NCBI GenBank assembly: GCA_964035545.1
Contig: OZ037766.1
Coordinates: 31,982,773-32,046,772, forward strand
Length of the DNA: 64,000 nt
Reading direction: 5' to 3'
Source: Bugula neritina
Taxonomy: Eukaryota > Animalia > Bryozoa
This document shows, piece after piece, positions 12,401-23,222 of the stretch. Below the pieces are notes generated by a model. It did no database searches. It saw nothing but the letters and a program-made list of their open reading frames with translations, and was not told the origin of the DNA. The position numbers and the translations under genes were made by a program. Position 1 is the stretch's first letter. Each line of letters starts with the position of its first letter.

Positions 12401-15400
12401 CTTCAGGTATTTGTTATACGATATTACCGAAGTTGTGTGTCATGTGATCTGTTGAAGTAGAGCTGGAACTGCTGTGACGTCTGGATATTACGAGTCATCT
12501 GCTGTTGTAGACACAGTGCTGGCTGGGTTCAAGGGTTGTATGAAGGACATTCAGGTGGACAGGGTGAAGCTGCCGTACAGCGGTGCCAACTCTGTGGCGA
12601 GTGCTGTCAGGTTTGAGCAGGTGGTGTTTGACTGTCTGGAGACACACTACGGAGAGTGTAGTCTCAATCCCTGCCTCAATGGCGGCACCTGCCAGGAGAC
12701 GGGTTCCGGGGTCTTCTGCAGCTGCCAGGGTTTTGTCGGCTCAAGGTGCGAGACCGACCTGAACGAGTGCATAAGAGACAACCCTTGCTCAGCCAACTCT
12801 ACCTGTGAGAATCTGATTGGCTCGTTTCGCTGCCGCTGCTACCACGGTATGATTGGTGAAACTTGCCACCAGAAAGACGAGTGCTTATCTAATCCATGTG
12901 GGAAGGGAGCAGTTTGTACCAACATTGAGACAGCCTTGGGTCAAGGTCACGGCTCCTACAGCTGTTTGTGTCCGGAGGGCAAGTCTGGTCCCACCTGTGA
13001 GGTGACGGCGGAGCAGGTTGATGAAAACAAGCTGCCTCTCATGCAGATAATCTACGCAGTGGGTGAGTGACCAATCACATCATGACTATGTCTTGGTGAG
13101 CCAATCATATTCTGGCTCTTTCCTCTGTAAACTACACTCTTCTGTTGTTGCAGTAGGCATACTGGGTCTGATAATCATCATAATCATCGTTGCGGTTGTG
13201 GTATGGAAGTGTGTGTCCAGAAGGCGCAGGCAGCGGAAAAAGATGCTCAGCAGCATGCATAGCAGCCAAAGTGAGCGGCAGCAAATGCTGTCTCAGCATA
13301 GACCAAGTTCCCTAAAACATTCTCAGGACTTGTATCGGTCCCCCAGTCCCCCTCCCCCCAGCGTACCACCCAGACCTGTTAGCTACACTCCTAGGTAATA
13401 TTTTAAACTTTCTAATTTCCATATATTATTTCTTAAATTTATTAGTTAAAAAAGTGTTCTAAAGTTTATAAAGTCATTCAACTACTTTCTTTGTACTTGT
13501 ATTACAATATAGAGCTTAGATGCTCTCTCTATCTTACATCTTGCAGTCTTTTTAACTCGCCAAATTTTCTTTCAAAATAGTATCAAAAATATTGTATTGA
13601 ATTTTAAGTCTTTTAAATTTTACTTTTTTATTTTCTCTTTGATTTAAATTACATTTTGTTCAGCCATTTTGTTATTTTGAATCACTTTTAGCCTAAATGA
13701 TACTGGCTCTTCCACTGGGTACGTCATATATCTGCTGTGTATTGTGCATCTAGTCATTGTCATCATATTATCTCTCGTATTATCTCTCATCTCATATTGT
13801 ATTTTATCATATTATCTCTCGTATTATCTCTCATAATATATTGTATATTATCATATTATCTCTCGTGTCATATTGTATATTATCATATTATCTCTTGTAT
13901 CATATTGTATATTATCATATTATCTCTCGTATTATCTCTTGTATCATATTGTATATTATCTCTCGTATTATATTGTATATTATCATATTATCTCTCATAT
14001 CATATTGTATATTATCATATTATCTCTTGTATCATATTGTATATTATCATATTATCTCTCGTATTATCTCTTGTATCATATTGTATATTATCATATTATC
14101 TCTCGTATCATATTGTATATTATCATATTATCTCTTGTATTATCTCTTGTATCATATTGTATATTATCATATTATCTCTCGTATCATATTGTATATTATC
14201 ATATTATCTCTTGTATTATATTATATATCACATCACATTCCATGTGTTCAGATGCTTCAGCTACAACTTGTAGTGTTTAGTTGACAGCCTGATTGATGGT
14301 TGTATCATGTAGCTCTGTCTTCCAGATTCTCATTGGCTGTTGCCGTGTTTTACAATATGCTATTGGCTACGTCTTGTAGTTTCTTATTGGCCATTGGTAG
14401 CCTCTTCTCATGCTTTGTCGTTTTGCTGGTTATTGTACTAGTGTCTTGTGCCATGCTATTGGTCAGTGTGTCTTCTTTTAGATTCCTATTGGTTACATTC
14501 TGTATTTCTGAGTAGATTGCTTGTTTGTCATATCTTCCAGTCAGTGTGTGACTGTAGCAATTCTCTTGTGCATTCCTATTGGCTGTCTCATCAATTCTAC
14601 TGAACCTATCTCATACTTCCTTATGGCTATAGTATATTGTGGCGTTTTTCTATTCGCTTCCTCGCAATGTCTTCTGGCTTTTTATTGGCTATTTTGTACT
14701 TTAGCAGTTACTGTTTACTGCACTGCATGCTCGATGTAGTCTCACCGATTCACATAGACAGCATTAGACGTACTTTTCTCCTTCACATGTGCCATGCACT
14801 ATGGAACTATACAATATACTTGTCTACTACGAAACCAATGCGCACACATTCTTGTCCTAGCAGAGAGTGTTGAGATTTACTATGGGAAAACAATAACCTT
14901 ACCACTTGGTCTCTCAACAAATACCAACTTCTACAGTGTTGTGTAGTAGGCATTGTCACATCTATAATAGTCTACACTGAAGGAGTCCATCTTGTCATAG
15001 GTTCTGCCTTACAGCGGCACATCAATAATTTCTAGTTTTAATTAATCGCTGCTCATGAATTTTATTATGGCTGCTAGTAGCAGCTTTGAGATTTGTCTCT
15101 CCTGGTATTAATTTATAACTGCAAGTATCTTTTGTAGTGTCAATGAAAGTAATAGCAAGATGCCAAAGAGCTATGAGATGTCACATGACTACGGCTCAGC
15201 TGCAGACGGATTAGATCGCATGGGAAACTCTAGCATTTATTCTCCTGTAAGTTTTACTCCTAGATATGTTCTCATGCATCACTACACACAAGTTATATAG
15301 TAGGAGCAGATAATTCCCATCTCATACATCACTACACACAAGTTATATAGTAGAAGCAGATAATTCCCATCTCATACATCACTATACACAAGTTATATAG

Positions 15401-18400
15401 TAGGAGCAGATAATTCCCATCTCATACATCACTACACACAAGTTATATAGTAGAAGCAGATAATTCCCATCTCATACATCACTACACACAAGTTATATAG
15501 TAGGAGCAGATAATTCCCATCTCATACATCACTACACACAAGTTATATAGTAGAAGCAGATAATTCCTATCTCATACATCACTATACACAAGTTATATAG
15601 TAGGAGCAGATAATTCCCATCTCATACATCACTACACACAATTTATATAGTAGGAGCAGATAATTCCCATCTCATACATCACTATACACAAGTTATATAG
15701 TAGAAGCAGATAATTCCCATCTCATACATCACTATACACAAGTTATATAGTAGGAGCAGATAATTCCCATCTCATACATCACTACACACAATTTATATAG
15801 TAGAAGCAGATAATTCCCATCTCATACATCACTATACACAAGTTATATAGTAGGAGCAGATAATTCCTATCTCATACATCACTATACACAAGTTATATAG
15901 TAGGAGCAGATAATTCCCATCTCATACATCACTATACACAAGTTATATAGTAGGAGCAGATAATTCCCTACAGAATAGTTGGAGCAGATAATTTCAATTT
16001 TTTTGTTCAAACCAGTCTCTGCCCAACTTATCTACCAATTCTTGCATCCAATCTATTAATTATGAATTAAACCAAACTGGCTACATGCTGATGTAATATT
16101 CTGTTTTCTCCTTATTCACAGGAGCTGCGTGATATCATAGCTCGGACGAATCCTCCTAAACCCATGTCTACCTTCGCAGCTCTCCCCAAACTCAGTCCAC
16201 CTCCGCCTAGCCTCAGTGACACCGATTCCATCATCAAACCTGGGTGGGACTTCAGCGCCCACACACCTGGCAAAGGTAACTAACATTTAAAGCTTTTATT
16301 TCTCAACTTTACTTTTTCAATATTTTTCTAATGTTTAATTTTGTGTTTTTTGTTCAACTTTTTTTAGTTCATAGTTTCCATGCCCGTGCATAATTTTTTC
16401 TATTAGATATGTCGTTTGGTAAGAACTCTGATCGTCAGTCCCGAAACACTGCAATACCAGCTGTAGCTCAACACAAAGCATCACGAGCAGGCTCTAAGGC
16501 TGGGTCAAGGTCAGGCTCTAAACCGGCATCCAACGCCAGTTTCACCAGCATTCCTCAGGAAGATGAAGGCAAGTGTAGACTGAGAGCTCTGGTGTACAGG
16601 CAGCTTCGTAGCCTCATTTTCACTCGTTACCACTATTGGCTTGTCTGGCAACTATTGGCTTGTGTAGCAACTATTGTAACTAGTGTTTTGGCACTTCACT
16701 ATTCAACTGCACCCCATGTTTTCCTTCAACCTGCTCTTCAACTTCTATGCACATTGTTAGGTGCAGTATTATAATGATCACTTGAATTTGTAAATTGTAG
16801 CACTTAGTTTAGCCTCCCTACGCAGTAAATCCCAATTATCTACTGCAGGACGGGCAGGTAACAAGCCTACCCGCATTGTATCTAAAGGTAAAGCATGCTA
16901 AACTCTTCTCCGATACCATTGCAAGGATTGAGGTTTTGTCTATTTGTGTTAACATCCCAAAACATCTAGCTACTTAAACCTGAGTGACCACTCGACGTTG
17001 CTATGAGCCCCATGTTTGTGTCCTAGTTGCTAGGCTACCTGATTCAGGATCTGATTGGATAGTGCTAATTAGCTCCGCCCCTCTAGTCCTCAGCTTGCAC
17101 TCTAACAGCTAAAATAATATCAACAATTCCCGGCTGTTTTGTGGTTGTTTTTGAAATGTTTTATTTTTGTTTTATATTTGGTTGCCTGAGAATGCATGGT
17201 TGCATTTTATTTAATTTTAGTTTTATATAAAAGTTGTGTTGCGTTTATTTTGTGCTCATAATACTTTCATCAGCTGATGCAGCTATTTACAAGTAGAGCT
17301 AAACTAACCACCCGATTCCCATCCACTGCAACTCCGAGTTTTAACTAATCATAGTGTGCCATTATTTTTCTAAACGCTTTTTGATATTTTTCCATTTCCT
17401 TGCATCTTAGGTTAGGCGTGACCACCGAGATGAGTAGAAAAAGTGAAATCAAAATAACTTTAGAGGTTAAATACCATCTTCAACGGTGCCAATCATTTAC
17501 GTGTTTACTGAACATTACATTCCAGTTTCAGGAAGATTCACAGCATATTCTACAATTGATTGTTGAACTTGTTGAAATAACTCCAGATATACTAGTCTAT
17601 TTGTGTAACACAGCAGTAGTAGTGACACAGTAGCATAGCACAGCAGTGTAAATTAGTAGTGACCCTAATTCGTATTTAACTGATGTAAGATGCTAGTTTG
17701 CTTCATATTAGATAAATATCAGCCACATGTGTTACACAATTCATAGGCGATATGCCAGCACCCTTGTGACTGCCAAGACTACTCAGTACTATAACCACAT
17801 GTATTTCTTAGACTGTGGTGTGTCCCTGTGTCTGTCTTTAAATACTAAACACTCTTGCTGCGGGTATACTTTAGAGTTGTGTTCCTTATTTTAACTGGTA
17901 ATTTTCCAGGTTATCATTGGGATAACAGTGATTGGCTGCCGGCTAAAGATGACGACAGCGTGGCAGACAGCAGAAGAGGTGATCGAGAAATGTATCCAGC
18001 CGCTGCCAGACTTATGGTATAAACTATAAGTCAGCTAAAACATCTTAACATATTAATTTATTTAACCTACGCAGTTAGTGCTTGGGGTATGAAGTTTTAA
18101 ACATTTTATGGAAATAAATACAACAGTCATAATGTAGGCCTTGTTTTTATGGTTTTAGCAATTTACATTGTCCACTAGAGTTCTTTACCATGCAATACCT
18201 TGCTTGCTCAAAAATCACATGTTATCCATGTAATTTGGGAAGTCACTAAGCAGTAAAACTCTTTATGCAGTCGATGTCGGAGGTGGACGACTCCGAGTAC
18301 GTAGAGGATTCTGAACTAGATGATGATGTAATACCGGAGTTTAGTGGACTCTCCTATACAGACAACATTGCTGCTATACAAGCCCAGTACAATTTTGACT

Positions 18401-18929
18401 ATGATTTACCTGAACTAAACTTACCCAAGTCGAACCGTAACCACTACCTCCCAAATCATGGTATGTCAAAGGTTAAGGATTACTGGTTAACAGACAGGCA
18501 ATCAACTTATCCTAAAGTTGATCACTTTCTTTTAATATAATTTGTTTTCAACTTTATATTGTCAACTTTTCATGTTTTGTTGCACTTTCAGCTAATTATA
18601 ATATAATTATATAATTGATTTTTTTTATGTTTGCAGGAATTTCTCATGCCGACAGAAGACATCTGGGAGGCGCCAGGCAGCCATTACTGGCAGCTCAAGC
18701 CCTGAATACCCCTGCTGTGCCGCAGCGCTCTGCGTCACTCGGCTATTCCACCGACGATATTTGTGCCACGGGTGATGAAATGATGCCTCTGGGAGGCTAC
18801 ACGTCAATGGAGGCAGGAGATAGTCAGAGCGAGTTGTCTGAGAATATTTGTGAAATAGAATCAGACTGCGAGGATGACGTTGAAGGAATCATCAATAGAG
18901 TTAAAAATCTACACAACTCCAGTGTGTAA
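478..18929 (+). CDS. FAT1: Protocadherin Fat (FAT1/2/3, Drosophila kugelei/Fat2 type), 3' part; the 5' end lies upstream of the window
   Basis: Phase-consistent exons: 478-757, 2201-2327, 2632-2794, 3199-3358, 3634-3867, 4077-4320, 4533-4687, 5083-5297, 5523-5660, 5844-5990, 7588-7782, 7973-8205, 8400-8648, 8735-8925, 11185-11411, 11528-11767, 11878-11992, 12272-12406, 12511-13062, 13154-13394, 15138-15246, 16122-16275, 16407-16568 (GC donor), 17910-18016, 18271-18460, 18637-18929 (TAA). The protein has cadherin motifs (LDRE, DxNDNxP, AxDxG), one EGF, one laminin-G (FDGNSY, VNDGSWHNV, GFKGCM), three more EGF repeats and a TM helix. The cytoplasmic tail has FAT1-type motifs VPPRPVSYTP, YGSAAD, SDTDSIIKPGWD, GYHWDNSDW and CEIESD, and ends HNSSV*. 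The symbol marks the FAT1/2/3 subfamily, not a specific vertebrate paralogue. Confidence 0.93.
2455..2631. repeat. 12-bp minisatellite (TATAATACTCTA)n abutting the acceptor of Fat exon 2632
   Basis: About 14 copies; the last unit runs into tatag|AATC. Confidence 0.95.
2805..3047. repeat. 19-bp minisatellite (ATACTCTAGATGTCACTGT)n
   Basis: About 13 copies starting 10 nt after the donor at 2795. Confidence 0.95.
4941..5084. repeat. 27-bp minisatellite containing the 3' splice site CTTGCAG|GT
   Basis: CTTGCAGGT at 4941, 4968, 4995, 5022, 5049 and 5076; the last copy is the acceptor that restores the cadherin frame. Confidence 0.95.
5311..5507. repeat. 45-bp minisatellite filling Fat intron 5298-5522
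   Basis: Units start at 5311, 5356, 5401, 5446 and 5491 (TTGTAGTGTAGAACTCACTGTATAGTATTACTAGTACTATACAGA). Confidence 0.93.
6050..6536. repeat. ~32-42-bp minisatellite (TATAG/TATAT pentamers + ACTCTCACCTTAT)
   Basis: About 13 copies with a variable number of pentamers. Confidence 0.93.
7151..7246 (+). CDS. Predicted 96-nt phase 0-0 cassette exon of Fat (VYPEGGLYRNTTFTLTTPPTETTSSTSSISSE)
   Basis: Acceptor ttgcttgcttgcttttcag|GTT and donor GAA|gtatgc. No stop codon, length 32 codons, and it lies in the phase-0 intron 5991-7587. No transcript evidence. Confidence 0.55.
8933..11152. repeat. 2.2-kb minisatellite of interspersed 39-bp and 33-bp units (ATGAACATATTGTGTGTATACTG[CTACTG]TACTAGTCAT)
   Basis: About 60 units filling Fat intron 8926-11184. 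It is the source of the 510-aa and 523-aa spurious ORFs. Confidence 0.97.
13760..14225. repeat. Compound AT-rich minisatellite (ATCATATTGTATATTATCATATTATCTCTYGT)
   Basis: Variable ~32-bp units with internal 12-bp sub-duplications. Confidence 0.9.
15271..15968. repeat. 50-bp minisatellite (CTCATACATCACTAYACACAAGTTATATAGTAGRAGCAGATAATTCCCAT)
   Basis: About 14 near-identical copies starting 24 nt after the donor at 15247. Confidence 0.96.
16801..16887 (+). CDS. Predicted phase 1-1 cytoplasmic cassette exon of Fat, with in-frame alternative acceptors at 16801, 16813 and 16849
   Basis: Open frame ...ASLRSKSQLSTAGRAGNKPTRIVSK ending at AAAG|gtaaag, followed at once by GCATG. It sits in the intron directly before the GYHWD exon. 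Confidence 0.5.
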
Positions 18930-19780
18930 CAGCAAGTTTACTGATGAATTACTCGTTGGGAAGCTTTCATAGTTTGTTTATAGTTTTAGCAAAAATATGC
19001 CTTTTGTATGCCTTTTTGTATTGTCTTTATACTCTATACTACTTTTAAATATTTTCAATATGCTACACAAGTTTAATTGATATATTTGTGAAAATATGTA
19101 TTTATTTCTAACGCTCTGTAAATATTCCAAATTAAACTAACAGAATGTTGGTTTTGACAATTAACCATTTATGGTGCTTTTTATCCACTTTTTATTTATC
19201 TACTTCATTCTACAATCATTCTCTTTGCGGCTGTAAACCTAAAGGTCATTCTACTTACACCACTAAAGGTTGTTAGACTTACAGTGTGACTGTGTGTATA
19301 CTTACCTAATTGTATATACATTTTGTAATGACTGTGTATATAGTATAACATGTACTTTCATCCTATGATATTGATTTATATTTGACTGTGTCATTTATTT
19401 ATACAAATATGAAATTAAATATATTATATCATATTATGCAGCTACTAAAATGCTCAATTGTTCACTGCGTGGTCAAAAGGGTGCTACAGCAGCCTTAAAC
19501 CTCTGTTACAACCAATCTCAACAGAATTATTTCAAGCTATCTGAACAATTAAATAAGGAATTAAGAAGGTGACTGCATAATTTGAAAAATACAAAAGAGT
19601 ACAACTCCCAATGTATAATAAAAAAGTTTTACTGTAGTTTTTGTGATGAAAAGCCAACAAATTGACAACCAACTCAAACCTGTACAAATGTTGTCACAGT
19701 CTGTACTTCACAAGATTTGAGTTCATCTTCATTCACAGAGTGGGTAAATGTCACTATTTACACAATATTCACTAAAAGTT

Positions 19781-21701
19781 CTATAGCTGCTTCTGCAGCG
19801 CTTCCTACAAATAAACAACTAAAATGTATAGAAAACAATAAAGCATGGACATAGTGAAATGTAAACTGACACTGCAATCTATTGCAAGCATTGCCTACTT
19901 TTGTTCCTTCAACAAATCAGTTACATAAGTGATCACAGAAACAAACATACAAGCTATTCAACTTCTCACCTCATTAACTTTCTCTAAAATATCAATAAAA
20001 TTATCCATTTGTTGGGAATTAAATTCTAGGGTCTGAGTTATAGAGTTATCCCCCTCTTGAATATCCAATAGGACTTCAATAGCTGGTTCTTCTATGGACG
20101 ACACCTTATCACTTCCCAACACCAACTGCAAGTTTAGCATAGACCACAAAAATATACAATAATATCGTGTATGATGGCTGATAAATTTAAATCACGATAA
20201 AAACTAGTGATAAAAATTATGAACATGAAGCACTGCTGACCTGCAACTGCCAGTCAAAATTCTTCAAGTAGGACGATTCCTGCTTACAGAGATGATTTGC
20301 TGCAGCTCGTCGGAGATCTGGTTGCCTCACTTTGAGCACTTCTATTAGGGCTTGCGTAAACGGAGCATCTCCAGACGTCTCCCGCAACTTAACATTGAGA
20401 ACCAATACTACAGGTCAAGGCCACACATATAGGGTACACTCAGTGGTCCAACAGAAATAGAAATATTGAAAGCATACCTTAGTTATGACATCACTAGAGC
20501 AACTACATTTGAGTAAAATATCAGAGTGATAATCTATAAACTCAGTCCACTCATCAAATTTCCAGTATTCACTATAGTCTGAGTAGCTGGGTGCAGGTAA
20601 GCCAACATCTAATAGCCTATCCACAAGACTATGCAAAACCTGCAATGTATGTGAATATGCATGAATCACATCTACTACAAAATCATTCAAGTTCATATTT
20701 ATCAAACTTTCTATTTACACCTCCAAATAAAATTGAATTAAACAGATTAATAAAATATATAGCTACAAATTAAAAAAAATTTAAACTTAAATTTGACTTA
20801 AAATGTTAATTTTACATGTTGAATAGAATTGCTTCAAATTTTTTCATAATTGGATTCTGTAAACAAATTGAAAGAAAGTATCAATGTAATTTTTTGATAT
20901 AATTTCTATTTGAAAAAATTTAATAAATTTAAAAAGACAATGAAACACAGATACAAAACACAGATGTGGGTCACTAAGCCTAGTTTAAATGCTCAATTTT
21001 TACAAGTTTTATTAATTACACGATTTATCTTAAAAAATCTTATTTATCAAAATTGATATTTTAAAATAAAACAATTCATTAGTTGATCAGCTAGCATTCA
21101 AACCAAAGCTGTCAGTTTTAATTATTACAACATCAACATGACAGAATTGCAAACTTTCTAAGATATCTGCAACGAAACTAATTTATGATTGGTGAAATCA
21201 ACTCGATTGCATAACATATTCACATTGACATTTAAATTTATATTTCAAAATTTAAAATATAAATATAAAATTAAAATGGATACCAATGCAACATTCTGTT
21301 CTCATTCTGACTTTTTAGTAATTTTATTAGATTTTTATGTAAAACTAAAACTGGTTCCTGTTGATGATTTTAAAAATAAAATAATTACAAACGATTACTA
21401 TTAGTAATACTATTCCGATTCATCATCATTGCTATTACTATTAGTATTAGACTTGGTATTACAATGCATGCATAACTCTAATTAATTATAACCATTACAT
21501 TAACTAGCAGTATCACTTATGGATTATAGTTATTAGCCATAACTAGCAGAAATCATTAGCCTTACGCATTGCTGATACTGATAGTGATTCAGATTGCCAT
21601 ACTGATGGTAATATTCATATTCATATTGATATTGATTAATGACTATTCGACTTTACCTTCATCAACACCTCGATAGAGACCCTTGAAGAGGAGTTTTCCA
21701 T
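19781..21701 (-). CDS. COMMD8: COMM domain-containing protein 8 (177 aa)
   Basis: Exons 21701-21657 (MENSSSRVSIEVLMK), 20639-20478, 20387-20241, 20125-19970, 19804-19781 (TAG), all phase 0. The COMM domain YLKNFDWQLQLVLGSDKVSSIEEP...LEFNSQQMDNFIDILEKVNE matches the COMMD8 pattern (DFDWQ.KL.LSSDK). Confidence 0.85.
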
Positions 21702-23222
21702 TTTGCAGTACAGATAAAAAATATATTGAAGTAGGTTATTTAAATTTAAATTGAGCATTTACAAATGATTACTCCATAGCACGACACTTGAACGTTGCAA
21801 CACCGAATTATTCAATATTTTAATCTTTGTTGAGTAGTTTCTTACTTTGTCGCTGCCCTGCCACCCCGGAAATTACTCGACGATCTCTAGCAGCAATAAC
21901 GAAATTAAAGAGATCAGTGTTTACTACAATAAATATAAATAGACTCAGATCCATAGAGTTTTGGCTCAAACTCGCCAGCGTGATCTATCATCACTTCTAT
22001 TATGAACCCTCTGAGATTCCCGTCTTCCAACAAAAAATTTGAACCACAGTCACTGAACTAGAAACAATAACCAGCCTTTTCCAGTTCATCGGTCACAATA
22101 TTATTTTATATCATTTCGGTTGAATACAAATTTCCAACTTAGCTGTGAGAAGACAACTGACAAGTAAGAGAGGCATCCCGATTTATTCAGATTGAAAAGA
22201 AAAAGAAAAGAATGCAGCTGTTACTGGCTTTGTATAGATTGGAAATGATCATCACAAGATAAAAAATATTACAATATTATAAATTAAATCCACCAAAATT
22301 GAACACAATTGGTTTTCAAAAAATGTGACAATTAAAAATGCAGCCCATTTTTTATGTTTTGTCATAAAAAAACTTGTTCGTAGTCAATACATTATTAGTA
22401 AAGCAGTCATCAACTTTTGCATTTACTCTGGAAAAGCTTCAACAGTATATAATTCAAAATCATGTTGACAACTCATCAAAATAGTAGGCTAAAAATACAT
22501 GTACTAAGGAATGCTGTATACCGATTGTTGTCAATGGGAAATGCAGAATGATTGGCAACATAAATGCATGCTACTAATAAAACCCTACATTATTAGATAA
22601 AGAAAGATATGAAAATGACACGATATAAAGTAGCTTACTGGCCTTACATGGTAAGTATATCAAATAATTATAAAAGCTACAACTACCAACAATAATATTC
22701 ACTGCAGTAAAGCCTTGCATTCAGGAGTTGTGTGCCCTAACAATAGAAGATGATAGCTCCATGGCTTCAATATTATATACAAACAAAACTCAAGTTAAAA
22801 TGGGTTGGGGTCAATTTAGAACTAATATGTAAAACTGGCCAGTAACAAAGCAAGTAGGAGTTAATTTTGCATAGAATGGGGCGCCATTGTAAAATCTATC
22901 AACACTATCTCAATGCGCCTGTGTTTTTACTGACCATTATCAATATGGCTGCATAGGTGGTAAAAGTTTTTCGACTCAATATATTGAATCTCAATTGTTA
23001 CTGGCATTAAATCGTGTAATGACGAATTTTTGGTGAAAATGGTGAAAAACTAATAGCTAGAACATAAATGTATAGAAATATAGAGTGTATGATTATCAAC
23101 AACTAGGATTACGTTATCATTGAGAGGTTAAAAAGCTTTAAAAAAGAGTTTTATGCAGTATGTCAGTGCTTGAACGGTTAGTGAGTGTGACGTAGCGTCG
23201 AGACGTAGCGTCGTGACGTACG

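Noticed and set aside
13737-14284. Three overlapping hydrophobic ORFs of 135-178 aa
   Set aside because: Low-complexity satellite that lacks stops in all three frames. The same applies to the ORFs at 2391-2851, 26963-27367, 30905-31459, 42347-42793, 48206-48817 and 55605-55877.
15271-15968. Regular array resembling a CRISPR locus
   Set aside because: Head-to-tail 50-bp units with no unique spacers, no cas genes, and a eukaryotic intron context.
17412-17445. Second possible Fat cassette or truncating exon after a good pyrimidine tract (cttag|GTTAG|GC...)
   Set aside because: No convincing donor (only AAA|gtgaaa), so it is unsupported without transcripts.
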